64,000 bases of DNA, from the NCBI GenBank assembly GCA_963704865.1, contig CAVPIE010000015.1, positions 95,669-159,668 on the forward strand, in the 5' to 3' direction. Position 1 is the first letter of the stretch. Each line of letters starts with the position of its first letter. The position numbers and the translations under genes were made by a program. Shown here in pieces: positions 17,690 through 27,230 of the stretch. The notes beneath the pieces are model-generated. The model did no database searches. It was not told the origin of the DNA and saw only the letters and a list, made by a program, of their open reading frames with translations. This stretch comes from an uncultured delta proteobacterium (GTDB lineage Bacteria > Myxococcota_A > Polyangia > Polyangiales > Houyiibacteriaceae).

Positions 17690-19672
17690 TCAGCCTCGCC
17701 AGAACGCCGCGACGTCTCCGACACGGTCGGGGAGCGTCCGGAGCGCTTCGGGGAGCCCCACCACGATGTATCCGATCCCCTGCTTGCGACCGAGGCGGCC
17801 CTCAATTCGGTTGAGCTCGAGCGCAGACATTTCACCCGACGGGACGAGCACCACCACCCGAGTCGCCAGACGGGCAGCGCGTCGGAGCGCTTGACCTTCG
17901 AACGGCCCCTCCCAGGCCTCGAGCCGCAGGCGATCGGGTTGGCGGGCCAGTTGAATGGACGCTGCGGATCGCGTCGACGGTACTCGCACGAGGGCAGTTG
18001 AGGTCGTGCCCGTACTGCGAAGGGGATAGGGACCCGAGGGTGGCGGTGTTTGCAGCGGACCTGTTTTGAGGGGTCCAGGCTCCGGCGTGCCCGGGGCCGT
18101 CCCATCTTCTTTGACGAGAAACCAGTCGTCGCTCACTCGCTTTGCAAGCTCACCCGCCAGCCTTGCCTCAGCCGGGGTGGTGCCGAGGACCAACAGGTCG
18201 CCATTGGCCAAAGGCACGACATCGTCGAGACCTGCGACCAGCTCGTCCAGCCCTCGCGAATCGTTCGGCCAAGAAGTGGCGGCGAGCACGGGCCCGTTTC
18301 CCCAATACGCGGCCTCAGCCGGTGTCTCCACCACCAGCCCTCGGAACTCGCGCCACAGGACGAGGAGTAAAACGATGGCAAAGCACAGCATTGGGATTGC
18401 CGCAAACACGACAAGCTTCATTTTGCTTCGGATCGGACGCTCCGGTATCGCCCCGGGATCCAACACGACGAACCCACTTGGGGGATCACGCAACGCATCG
18501 TCGAGACGAGCGTGGGTGCGACGCAATTCGCCGAGCAAGTTCTCGTTTACTTTGACCGCGGACAGGAGCGCGGACGCTTCACCCTCGATGCCTGAGAAAC
18601 CCTCGACGCGCTTCTGGGCCCTATCGGCCATCTCGGTGAGCCCTCTTTGACGCTCTCGAGCTGCAGCAAGATTCGATTTTGCCTGTCGGAGTTGATCCTC
18701 CAGACCTCGATACAGAGCGTTCACGGAGACTACGCCGTCGCCACCGGAGCTCACGCCCCCACCGGACCGAAGCTGAGCGCGCATTTGATCGACCTGGTGT
18801 TGGAGCGATTGGACCTCGGGGTGATCCGCAGATAGGGTCGCTTTTGCGCTCGCCAGCCGTACTCGCAACTGGTTGTACGCAGCCCGCTCCGGCGAGCCAC
18901 TGTCAGAGACGAAGCTCGTCTTTGATGTGCTCGCCAACTGGGTCTCCAGACTCTTGATCTGGCCTTCCAGGGCACGAATCTCCGACACTGCGAACTCGCT
19001 ATCGGCACGAAGCTGGGCAGCCGATTCCATCATGGATTGCTGCTCGGTCGGAAGATTGGAGATCCCATGCTGTTCGCGAAACGCGTTGTAGCGGCGATGC
19101 GCCGCTTCAGCTTGGTGCTCTACCGCTTCGATCCGCTTCAACGTTCGTGCGATTTCAGTATCGATGCGGCGAGACTGACGCTCTTTGTGATAGGTCAAGA
19201 ATACGTTCGTGACTATCCGCGCAAACTCCGAGGCGTCTTCTCCGGTGTCGCCAAGGACGCTGAACTCCAAGGTGTCCCACCGCTGATTTGCATGGTAGGC
19301 GATCGATGCGGCGAGATCCGTCAGATCGCCCTCGAATCCTGTCTCCTCGCGAATCTTGCGCAGAACGGATTGGTGCATCAACGCATCGGAGGCCGGGCCA
19401 AGCGCATCGGCAGTTTCGCCCGGCGCGTCCAGGATTAGGTCGCCCTCATATTTCAAGATTACGGTCGTTTCGTAGTCGCTGGTCATCACCAGCTTCACCC
19501 ACAGGTAACCGACCAACAGCCCGCCAACGGCGGCCCCGATCAGCAGGCGCCGGCCAGTCCACAGAGCTCGTCGCAGCCGATACGGATCCACCGGGACGCC
19601 TGGCCTTCGCGATCCAGTGCCCCCAGACTGCGCGTCCGCTTGTGCTGAGCCCGTCTCATCCACCATTGACAT
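17690..19672 (-). CDS. Polysaccharide co-polymerase (Wzz/GumC/Wzc-like chain-length determinant) with degenerate C-terminal kinase-like domain
   Basis: N-terminal Wzz-type TM plus DYETTVILKYEG, a long coiled-coil periplasmic region and a second TM. The C-terminal domain lacks a Walker A G-K-[ST]. Confidence 0.7.
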   Translation of the reverse strand: MSMVDETGSAQADAQSGGTGSRRPGVPVDPYRLRRALWTGRRLLIGAAVGGLLVGYLWVKLVMTSDYETTVILKYEGDLILDAPGETADALGPASDALMHQSVLRKIREETGFEGDLTDLAASIAYHANQRWDTLEFSVLGDTGEDASEFARIVTNVFLTYHKERQSRRIDTEIARTLKRIEAVEHQAEAAHRRYNAFREQHGISNLPTEQQSMMESAAQLRADSEFAVSEIRALEGQIKSLETQLASTSKTSFVSDSGSPERAAYNQLRVRLASAKATLSADHPEVQSLQHQVDQMRAQLRSGGGVSSGGDGVVSVNALYRGLEDQLRQAKSNLAAARERQRGLTEMADRAQKRVEGFSGIEGEASALLSAVKVNENLLGELRRTHARLDDALRDPPSGFVVLDPGAIPERPIRSKMKLVVFAAIPMLCFAIVLLLVLWREFRGLVVETPAEAAYWGNGPVLAATSWPNDSRGLDELVAGLDDVVPLANGDLLVLGTTPAEARLAGELAKRVSDDWFLVKEDGTAPGTPEPGPLKTGPLQTPPPSGPYPLRSTGTTSTALVRVPSTRSAASIQLARQPDRLRLEAWEGPFEGQALRRAARLATRVVVLVPSGEMSALELNRIEGRLGRKQGIGYIVVGLPEALRTLPDRVGDVAAFWRG

Positions 19673-19684
19673 GCGTCCGTCCGA

Positions 19685-21103
19685 TCAATACGCGTTCTGC
19701 TTGGCGCCGGAACCAAACACCGTCATGAAGATGATCTGCAAGTCCCACAGCAGACTCCAGTTGCGAATATAGTCGAGGTCGTGTTCGACGCGGTGCTCCA
19801 TCTTGTCTAGCGTGTCGGTCTCGCCGCGCCAGCCGTTCACCTGGGCCCAGCCAGTGATGCCCGGCTTGACCTTGTGCCGGAGCATGTAGCCTTGGATCTT
19901 CTTGCGATAGAGCTCGTTGTGAGCGACGGCGTGCGGCCTCGGACCGACGATGCTCATCGTGCCTTCCAGCACGTTTAGAAACTGGGGGAGCTCGTCCAAG
20001 TTCGTCCGCCGGAGAAACGCGCCGAGCTTGGTGATGCGGGCGTCCCCCGCAGTCGCTTGTTTGATCTCGGGGCCATCCTCGGTCACCGTCATCGAGCGGA
20101 ATTTCAGCACGTGAATCACCTCTCCGTTCAGGCCGTATCGCCGCTGCCTGAACAGAACGGGACCCGGAGAGGTAACCTTCACGCAAATGCCGATCACCAG
20201 CATCGGGATGGAGATGGTCATCAGAATGAGGGTCCCGACCACGACGTCCTCGAGTCGCTTCAGCCAGCCATCGACTCCGTAGAACGGGGTCTCGTGCAGG
20301 CTGACGGTGGGCACGCCCCCGAGGGTTCCCCAGCGAGCGTGCAAGAGGTCGTAGGCGAAGAAGTCGGCTGCGAGATACACCGAAGCGGTCGTGTCCGAAA
20401 GCTTCCGCAGGAGCGCGGCGATTCGCGGTTCGGCCCGCAGAGGAAAAGCGATGTAGATGAGACCGATCTCGCCGGCCCTCGCGGCTTCGACGGCGTCTGC
20501 CAAATCGCCCGCGCGCTGCCCCAGCGACTCCGCGATTGGATGACAGCGCTCCTCGGTGCGGTCGTCGTAGAAACCGTGTACCTCGAGACCCAAAGAAGGC
20601 ACGGCCTTGATTTGAAGAGCGAGCCGTTCGCCGAGCTCGGTCATTCCGATGATGGCGACGGCCCTCGTATTGTACCCGTGTGCTCTCAGCTCTCGCAGGG
20701 TTAGCGTCGTGGCCGTTCGCCAGACGGCCACCAGCAAGGGCGCAAGCACGAACCAGGTCGAAACGGTGACGCGCGAGTAGTCTTCGGACCGTTTGGAGAT
20801 GAAGAGGAGAAAAAGCAGAACCGGCACGACGCCTACGAACCAGCCGGCCCAGATGCGTACCAGCTGAGGCTTCAAGCGGGTCGAGCGGGCGCTCCGATAG
20901 ATCCGGAGCGATTGTCCTATCACCATGAAGAGCACGGCGGCGATCGTTGCGGCGGTCCAGGACTTCTGGTCCCAGGCTTCGCCCCGGGCATAAGTCGGCA
21001 GCCAGAGCGCCGCGTAAATCAATGCGAAATCGACGACGCGCATGATGGGGGCCAGCTCGGCATCCGCAGCGCCGCCCCATTCGGTGGGTTTCTTGCGAGT
21101 CAT
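19685..21103 (-). CDS. Undecaprenyl-phosphate hexose-1-phosphate transferase (WcaJ/WbaP-like priming sugar transferase)
   Basis: C-terminal bacterial sugar-transferase domain: RRTNLDELPQFLNVLEGTMSIVGPRP..KPGITGWAQVNG. I chose ATG 21103 (MTRKKPTEW); the ORF track extends to 21412. Confidence 0.85.
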   Translation of the reverse strand: MTRKKPTEWGGAADAELAPIMRVVDFALIYAALWLPTYARGEAWDQKSWTAATIAAVLFMVIGQSLRIYRSARSTRLKPQLVRIWAGWFVGVVPVLLFLLFISKRSEDYSRVTVSTWFVLAPLLVAVWRTATTLTLRELRAHGYNTRAVAIIGMTELGERLALQIKAVPSLGLEVHGFYDDRTEERCHPIAESLGQRAGDLADAVEAARAGEIGLIYIAFPLRAEPRIAALLRKLSDTTASVYLAADFFAYDLLHARWGTLGGVPTVSLHETPFYGVDGWLKRLEDVVVGTLILMTISIPMLVIGICVKVTSPGPVLFRQRRYGLNGEVIHVLKFRSMTVTEDGPEIKQATAGDARITKLGAFLRRTNLDELPQFLNVLEGTMSIVGPRPHAVAHNELYRKKIQGYMLRHKVKPGITGWAQVNGWRGETDTLDKMEHRVEHDLDYIRNWSLLWDLQIIFMTVFGSGAKQNAY

Positions 21104-21188
21104 CGAGGGTTCAGGGACATTATAAGCACAGCGACGGCGTTTCTCACTTCGACCTTGCGGACGGCCCTTGAGCACACTAACCACAACT

Positions 21189-22205
21189 ATGCGTCGGTGC
21201 ACGGCACTCTTTCTCTCGATCGCGCTTATGACCGGGTGCGCCCGAAACCGCCACAACCAGGCGCCCACCGTGCCTACGGACGACCCTGCTTTCTCGGCGC
21301 CAGAGCGCATCGACCTGCGGGGTCTCGAATCCGATCCGCCCGAGGCGCTCAAGTTGCTTCCGGGCGATGTGGTCCAGCTCACAGCGGTTTCGGCGAAGAC
21401 CGAGAAGTTCAACGGCCTAATCGTCGATGCGATGGGTCTGCTTCACGTGCCATTGGCAGGCGATGTTCAGGTTGGTGGCAAGACGCTCGACCAAGCCGAA
21501 AAGGCCGTCGAAAATGGACTTCGAAGGTACGACCGGTTCGTACGGGCCAACTTGATCATCACCAAGCTCGACGGCCACACCGCGGCGGTCGTGGGGGCTG
21601 TGGACAAGCCCGGTCGGTTCGAGGCGCGCCCGGGTATGCGGCTGGCTGACTTGCTTGCACTGGCTGGCGGCGTCAAGGAGGCCCGAAGCCTGGAGATACC
21701 GACTTTGCTCGGAAGTCTGGAGCTGGCCCGCCTGGTGCGAAACGGCGAAACGGTCCCGGTCAGCTTGCCGCTAGCCCGGCAGGGTGACCCGAAGCACAAC
21801 ATCCGCGTGCGCCCTGGTGATCAGCTCTACGTTCCTCCCATCACGGACCAGCTGATCATGGTGTTGGGCGAAGTTGGGAGGCCGCAGCCCATGGGATACC
21901 GGACCGGGATTCGTTTGTCCGAGGCTCTGGCGCGCGCAGGGGGGATCGTCAGCGAACGCGGCGACCGCAAAGACATTCGCATCGTCCGGGGGCCGCTGCG
22001 GGAACCACAAGTCTACACGACCAACTTGAAAGCGCTGATGAGTGGAAAGGCCACCGACGTCGAGCTCGCTCCAGGCGACATCGTGTACGTCACCAAGGCC
22101 TGGTATGCGAGCACTGCGGACGTGCTCAACGCGCTCTCACCGGTCCTCTCGCTCGCCAATTCGGTGGCGATCCTTGCTGTCGCCGGCGCCATTGGCACCA
22201 GGTAG
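21189..22205 (+). CDS. Polysaccharide export outer-membrane lipoprotein (Wza-like, Poly_export + SLBB)
   Basis: Lipoprotein signal MRRCTALFLSIALMTGCA. PGDVVQLT..GLLHVPLAGDVQVGGKTLDQAE Poly_export motif and a repeated SLBB-like segment. Confidence 0.8.
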   Translation: MRRCTALFLSIALMTGCARNRHNQAPTVPTDDPAFSAPERIDLRGLESDPPEALKLLPGDVVQLTAVSAKTEKFNGLIVDAMGLLHVPLAGDVQVGGKTLDQAEKAVENGLRRYDRFVRANLIITKLDGHTAAVVGAVDKPGRFEARPGMRLADLLALAGGVKEARSLEIPTLLGSLELARLVRNGETVPVSLPLARQGDPKHNIRVRPGDQLYVPPITDQLIMVLGEVGRPQPMGYRTGIRLSEALARAGGIVSERGDRKDIRIVRGPLREPQVYTTNLKALMSGKATDVELAPGDIVYVTKAWYASTADVLNALSPVLSLANSVAILAVAGAIGTR

Positions 22206-22856
22206 ATGCGCCAGGCGCTCTTTCAACGTTTGCTCGGTCCCAAGGTAGAGACCCAGGAAGTTGATCCGCACACGGTGCAAGGTGGGCTCCTGAAGGCGGA
22301 GGAGGCGCTGGTGGAAGGCGCTGCGCGGACACGCATCGAGCAGTTCACCGCCGGTCGCGTCTGCAGCCGGATCGCTCTTGGTCGACTTGGCCTTGCCACG
22401 ACGACGCCCATCCCGCGCGGCGAAGATCGAGCACCGATTTGGCCCCCAGGCTTCATCGGCAGCATTTCGCACACCGACACTTGGTGTGCTGCCGCGGTGG
22501 CGCGGACCGAGGACATTCGAGCCCTTGGCATCGATTTGGAATCGTCGACGCCCTTGAAGGAAGCACTCCTAAAACGGGTTTGCACTCCCAAGGAACGCGA
22601 CTGGCTCCACCAGCTGCCCGCGCCCGGCGCGACCGGCAAAATCCTCTTCAGCGCCAAAGAAGCGGTCTACAAGTGCCAGTATCCGCTAAGCAACCAGTTC
22701 CTCGGCTTCCACGCCGTCGAGGTCGAGCTCGGGGATGACTCCTTCCAAGCGGTCTTCCAACAGGAAGCCGGTCCGTTTCAACCCGGCGACGTGATCTCGG
22801 GTCGCTACCTCGTCGAAGAGGGGCTGGTGGCCACGGCGTGCGAGCTCCCTCGATGA
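22206..22856 (+). CDS. 4'-phosphopantetheinyl transferase (EntD/Sfp type)
   Basis: GSISHTDTWCAAAV..GIDLE..FSAKEAVYKC motifs. The ATG directly follows the wza-like stop. Confidence 0.8.
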   Translation: MRQALFQRLLGPKVETQEVDPHTVQGGLLKAEEALVEGAARTRIEQFTAGRVCSRIALGRLGLATTTPIPRGEDRAPIWPPGFIGSISHTDTWCAAAVARTEDIRALGIDLESSTPLKEALLKRVCTPKERDWLHQLPAPGATGKILFSAKEAVYKCQYPLSNQFLGFHAVEVELGDDSFQAVFQQEAGPFQPGDVISGRYLVEEGLVATACELPR

Positions 22857-23251
22857 GCGGCGACGATCTGACGGTGGTCATCGACGTCCCTCGCGGCAGC
22901 TTCATCAAGCGGGACGACAATCGAAGTCTCGATTTCGTTTCGCCCATCCCGTGTCCGTTCAACTATGGCCATGTGCCGGGTACCTTGGCAGAAGACGGCG
23001 ACGCGCTCGATGCAGTAGTCCTGGGTCCGAGGTTGCGGCTCGGCAGCACCGCGACGTTTCCCAAGAGAGCCCGCGTCGACTTCATCGACGGCGGAAGGTT
23101 TGATCCAAAGTGGGTCTGCGCCGATGCTCCACTCAGCCGCTTCCAGCGGCTACAAGTGGCCGGGTTCTTTCGCTGCTACGCCATCACAAAGAGCGTGATC
23201 AACCGAATTCGCGGCAAGCAGGGGCCGACGCGCTACCGCGGCTGGATCTAG
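22853..23251 (+). CDS. Divergent, short inorganic-pyrophosphatase-family protein
   Basis: IDVPRGSFIKRD, FNYGHVPGTLAEDGDALDAVVLG and DGGRFDPKW parallel the family I PPase motifs with several substitutions. ATGA overlap with the PPTase gene. Confidence 0.55.
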   Translation: MSGDDLTVVIDVPRGSFIKRDDNRSLDFVSPIPCPFNYGHVPGTLAEDGDALDAVVLGPRLRLGSTATFPKRARVDFIDGGRFDPKWVCADAPLSRFQRLQVAGFFRCYAITKSVINRIRGKQGPTRYRGWI

Positions 23252-23282
23252 CCGCGCTCGCGGTGCAGACTCTGCCATCCGC

Positions 23283-24467
23283 TTGCGTGAGTCGATTGAC
23301 ATACGAATCTCGTCGTCCCTGGCGTCGATAGACCCGAACCCCTGGGATCAACTGGTCGGAGACGACGATCCGTTCGTCGAGCACGCGTTTCTGTCGCTGC
23401 TCGAAGAAAGCGGATCCGTTGGGCGAGGTTCTGGCTGGGAGCCGACGCACGTCACGGCCTGGCGCGGCAAGCGACTCGTGGGCGCGCTGCCGCTCTATTT
23501 GAAGACGCACAGCTATGGCGAGTACATCTTCGACTGGGGCTGGGCCGATGCGGCTTCGCGATTGGGCCTGAGCTACTACCCCAAGCTGGTCGCGATGGTG
23601 CCGGTCACGCCCGTGACCGGACGGCGCTTCCTCTTCGCAGCAGACGAAGATCCGGCCGAGGTCGTGCGCCGCTTAATCGACGGCTGTTTCGAGGTTGGAG
23701 AGTCGACGCGGGCATCGTCCATCCATCTTCTTTTCTTGAACCCTGAAGAGCAGGACTGGGTTGCACGCGACGGTCGACTGCTGAGTCGGCTCTCTTTCCA
23801 GTTTCATTGGAGGAACGAGGGGTACGACGATTTCGAAGACTTCGTCGGCAACTTCCGCTCGTCGATGCGAAAGAAGCTACGAAAAGAGCGCCGAGTGGCA
23901 GCAGAGGCCAAGCTCCAGATCGAGGAGCTCCGCGGTGACGAGCTCAGCGTCAAAGATTGGCTCACCCTCGAGCGCCTTTATCGCGCGACCTGCGGCCGCA
24001 AAGGCTCCTATCCCTACCTGACGCCCGCCTTCTTCGAGCTCGCGCCCAGCCGGCTCGACGGCACCCCGCTGGTTTTCACCGCCAAAGACGAGGGCCGCAT
24101 CGTCGCGGCCTCGATCAATTTCGCAAAGGGCGGGCACCTCTACGGACGATATTGGGGAGCGACGCAACGCCACGACATGCTTCATTTCGAGCTCTGCTAC
24201 TACCGTCTCATCGAGCACGCGATCGACCATCACATGCGCCGCTTCGAAGCCGGAGCCCAGGGCACACACAAGCTGAGGCGCGGATTGATGCCTGTTCCCA
24301 TTCACAGCGCGCACTGGATTCGCAACCCGGTGCTGCAGCAAGCCGTCGCTGATTTCCTTCCGAGAGAGGCGTTCTCGGTACAACAGCAGATCAGCGAGCT
24401 CCGTCACCATGGTCCGTTTCGGCGCCATGGTGACGCGGACCCAAGGCCAACACGGGCCTCTGGATGA
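23283..24467 (+). CDS. FemAB-like / DUF482 GNAT-fold acyltransferase family protein
   Basis: N-terminus WDQLVGDDDPFVEHAFLSLLEESGSVG and YLKTHSYGEYIFDWGWADAA are typical of the family. TTG start. Confidence 0.6.
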   Translation: MRESIDIRISSSLASIDPNPWDQLVGDDDPFVEHAFLSLLEESGSVGRGSGWEPTHVTAWRGKRLVGALPLYLKTHSYGEYIFDWGWADAASRLGLSYYPKLVAMVPVTPVTGRRFLFAADEDPAEVVRRLIDGCFEVGESTRASSIHLLFLNPEEQDWVARDGRLLSRLSFQFHWRNEGYDDFEDFVGNFRSSMRKKLRKERRVAAEAKLQIEELRGDELSVKDWLTLERLYRATCGRKGSYPYLTPAFFELAPSRLDGTPLVFTAKDEGRIVAASINFAKGGHLYGRYWGATQRHDMLHFELCYYRLIEHAIDHHMRRFEAGAQGTHKLRRGLMPVPIHSAHWIRNPVLQQAVADFLPREAFSVQQQISELRHHGPFRRHGDADPRPTRASG

Positions 24468-25543
24468 CTCTTCTCTTCGTCTACGCCGGGATCGCGCTCA
24501 GCGTCTCGTTCCTCTGCTCGATCCTCGAGGCGGCGCTACTCAGCGTCACGCCGTCTCACCTCGCAAAGCTCGAACAAGATCGACCCAAGGTTGGCGGGCG
24601 CTTGCGAGCGCTCAAGGCCCACGTCGACAGGCCCCTCGCTGCCATCCTGACGCTCAACACCACTGCAAACACGGTCGGCGCGGCAGGGGTCGGCGCCGAG
24701 GCGCAACGCTTGTGGGGTTCCGAGGTGTTGGCGATCACCTCGGCCGCTTTGACCCTCCTCATCCTTTTTCTCGCCGAAATCATTCCCAAGACGCTGGGCG
24801 CGATGTACTGGCGACGTTTGGCCGGATTCATGTCGGCCATCTTACCGCCGCTGATCTTGATCCTGCTGCCACTGGTTTGGTTGTCTGAGAAGCTGACCGG
24901 CTTTCTCAGGCGACGGCGGGTCGCAGAGACGCTGTCGCGCGAAGAGTTCGCGGCCCTAGCGCGCGTTGGGGGAGAGCAGGGCGTCTTCGACAAATCGGAG
25001 ATGAGAATCCTCCGCAATTTGTTTCACTTCGGCTCGCTACGGACGAGAGACATCATGACGCCCCGCACGGTGATGTTCTCATTGGAAGAAAACACGACCG
25101 TGCGGGATGCGATCGCCGAACGCGGCTCCATGATTTTTTCGCGAATCCCCATTTGGAAGAAGACCTCCGACGAGATGACCGGATACATCTTGAAAGATCA
25201 GCTCTTTCTCCGCGCGGCGCGCGACGAGCTGGATATCCCGATTCGCTCCTTTGCCCGAGAGGCTTTGATGGTGCCCGACACGCTTGCCCTGCCGGCTCTC
25301 TTCGAAAAGCTCCTCGACCACCGGGAGCACATCGCGGTGGTGGTCGACGAGTACGGTGGTGTGGATGGTGTCGTCACGATGGAGGACGTTCTCGAAACCC
25401 TCATCGGGCTCGAAATCGTCGACGAGATGGACTCGGTCAAGGACATGCGCGCCATGGCCCGCGCCAAGTGGGAAGCCCGGGCCAAGCACATCGAGAGCAA
25501 GGTGCCCGGCCCGGCGAAGCTCGTGGATTCCACGGAGCGCTGA
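24464..25543 (+). CDS. CNNM/DUF21 + CBS-pair transporter-like protein (HlyC/CorC family, no CorC_HlyC tail)
   Basis: Four N-terminal TM segments (DUF21, EIIPKTLG) followed by a tandem CBS region. ATGA overlap with the upstream gene. Confidence 0.8.
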   Translation: MTLLFVYAGIALSVSFLCSILEAALLSVTPSHLAKLEQDRPKVGGRLRALKAHVDRPLAAILTLNTTANTVGAAGVGAEAQRLWGSEVLAITSAALTLLILFLAEIIPKTLGAMYWRRLAGFMSAILPPLILILLPLVWLSEKLTGFLRRRRVAETLSREEFAALARVGGEQGVFDKSEMRILRNLFHFGSLRTRDIMTPRTVMFSLEENTTVRDAIAERGSMIFSRIPIWKKTSDEMTGYILKDQLFLRAARDELDIPIRSFAREALMVPDTLALPALFEKLLDHREHIAVVVDEYGGVDGVVTMEDVLETLIGLEIVDEMDSVKDMRAMARAKWEARAKHIESKVPGPAKLVDSTER

Positions 25544-26502
25544 TGAAAGCTTCGCTTACAGACGGCGATCTTCCCGGCTCTTCTCTCGCGCGATGGCTCT
25601 ATGCGCTGAAGCCCGCGAGCTGGCCCAAGTTGTTCGTGCCGGCGCTCTTCGGGCAGCTGATCGGAGCGAGCTCGTCGAATGAGCTAGACGCGCGTGCGCT
25701 CGGATACGGCGTCGGCTTCACCGTGCTCGGGCTCGGCTTCATCGTCCTGCTCAACGACTGGGGCGACCGCGAGGTCGACGCGATCAAGCGAAGGATGTTT
25801 CCCGATGGCTGCTCTCCCAAGACCATCCCCGACGGCATCCTCGATGCGCGGGCGGTTGGGGTCGCTGGGCTCCTCTTTGGCGGTGCCACGCTGCTCGTTG
25901 CTGCCGGTGCGGAGCTGGCACTCCGACGGCCGCTGGCATTCGAAGCGGGGGTCGCCAGCATGCTGGTCTTCGTCGCATACACGCTGCCGCCGCTTCGCTT
26001 GAACTACCGAGGCGGAGGCGAGCTTTTGGAGATGTTTGGCGTGGGCGTGGCGCTCCCCCTCTACAACAGTTACCTGCAGTCAGGCACCCTGACGCCGAGT
26101 GTCTGGCTCTGGGTCGCCGGGTTTTCGCTGCTCAGCCTCGGGAGCGGCGTCGCAAGCGGCTTGTCCGACGAAGAGAGCGATCGCGTCGGAGGAAAGCGCA
26201 CCTTCGCCTCTGTCTTTGGAAACGCCGCTGCGCGAAAGCTTATCGAAACCAGCGTTTTGCTGGGAGCCGCGGTTTGGCTGGGCGCGTCAGTCGCGAAACC
26301 GCAATGGTTGCCGCTCTGGGCCGTCGCGCCTGCGGTGGCCACCCTACTATGGAGCTTCGCTGCAATGCGAAAGGTCAGCAATGATGCCGTGACGAACGCG
26401 TTTCGCGAGCAGAGCGACTACAAACGTTTCCTTCATCGCGCGATTTGGCATAGTACGGTGGTGGCTGCGCTGCTCCTGTGGCTAAGACTGGGATTGACAT
26501 GA
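25543..26502 (+). CDS. UbiA-superfamily (MenA-like) prenyltransferase, paralogue 1
   Basis: Polytopic. Asp-rich motifs LNDWGDREVD and SDEESDRVGGKRT. The start overlaps the CNNM stop (TGATG). Confidence 0.75.
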   Translation: MKASLTDGDLPGSSLARWLYALKPASWPKLFVPALFGQLIGASSSNELDARALGYGVGFTVLGLGFIVLLNDWGDREVDAIKRRMFPDGCSPKTIPDGILDARAVGVAGLLFGGATLLVAAGAELALRRPLAFEAGVASMLVFVAYTLPPLRLNYRGGGELLEMFGVGVALPLYNSYLQSGTLTPSVWLWVAGFSLLSLGSGVASGLSDEESDRVGGKRTFASVFGNAAARKLIETSVLLGAAVWLGASVAKPQWLPLWAVAPAVATLLWSFAAMRKVSNDAVTNAFREQSDYKRFLHRAIWHSTVVAALLLWLRLGLT

Positions 26503-27230
26503 CGGCTCGCGCGATAGACGAAACGATCACCCCATTGCTCGAGATCGAGGCCAGGATTCAAACGAGCCGGTTCGGCGCATTGAGCCTCGATCCGGGTCGC
26601 ACGACCGCAAGCTCACCGACCGAGCTGGTGTCTGCCCTTGCCGACTCACACCAGTTGCCGCACCTGGCTTCAGCAGCCGCGGCGGTCGCAGAGGCACAAC
26701 TTCGCAGCTTTCCCGAGAATCTTTTCTGGGACTTCGACTTCTATCTGGCGTCGATCCACCGAGACGCATCCGCCGCCTCTGACTACACGGGCTATCTCGA
26801 GGAAGTCACGCGCATTACGGTCGGCTTGATGACGCTCTACGGTCAGCAGTCGGTGATTCGATTTCGGTACGTGCACGACTTCATGTATGGCTTCGACTGG
26901 GCGCGCTGGGTTCGCCACGACCCCGACGCACGCAATGGAATCGCGCCATTCGGCATCGACTTCCTTCGGCGTACGGAAAGCCGCGGGCGCGAGATTCTGA
27001 AGTTGATCAAGGCAGACGATGACTGGTACCCGAAGCTCGCCGAAGGCGCTGCGCGAAATCCATTTCCTTTTTCGCGTGAGCCCGAGCAAGAGCTTTCACT
27101 CTATCGACTGCTCGCCGAGAGAGATTGCGTTCCCACAAAAGCGTGGCGGATCGACGCCCAAGCCGATTCCAGTCGGGATTTTGATGCTCTTCGAGAGGAT
27201 CTAGCCGCGTCGCTCGGCCTGAGTGGCTAG
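26499..27230 (+). CDS. Hypothetical soluble protein (no family recognised)
   Basis: 243-aa ORF with coding-like composition. ATGA overlap with the upstream prenyltransferase gene. Confidence 0.55.
   Translation: MTARAIDETITPLLEIEARIQTSRFGALSLDPGRTTASSPTELVSALADSHQLPHLASAAAAVAEAQLRSFPENLFWDFDFYLASIHRDASAASDYTGYLEEVTRITVGLMTLYGQQSVIRFRYVHDFMYGFDWARWVRHDPDARNGIAPFGIDFLRRTESRGREILKLIKADDDWYPKLAEGAARNPFPFSREPEQELSLYRLLAERDCVPTKAWRIDAQADSSRDFDALREDLAASLGLSG

Noticed and set aside
21104-27230. The EPS/PPTase/prenyltransferase region as a possible secondary-metabolite (PKS/NRPS) cluster because of the PPTase.
   Set aside because: No carrier-protein, ketosynthase, adenylation or condensation domains are visible in any frame of the window.
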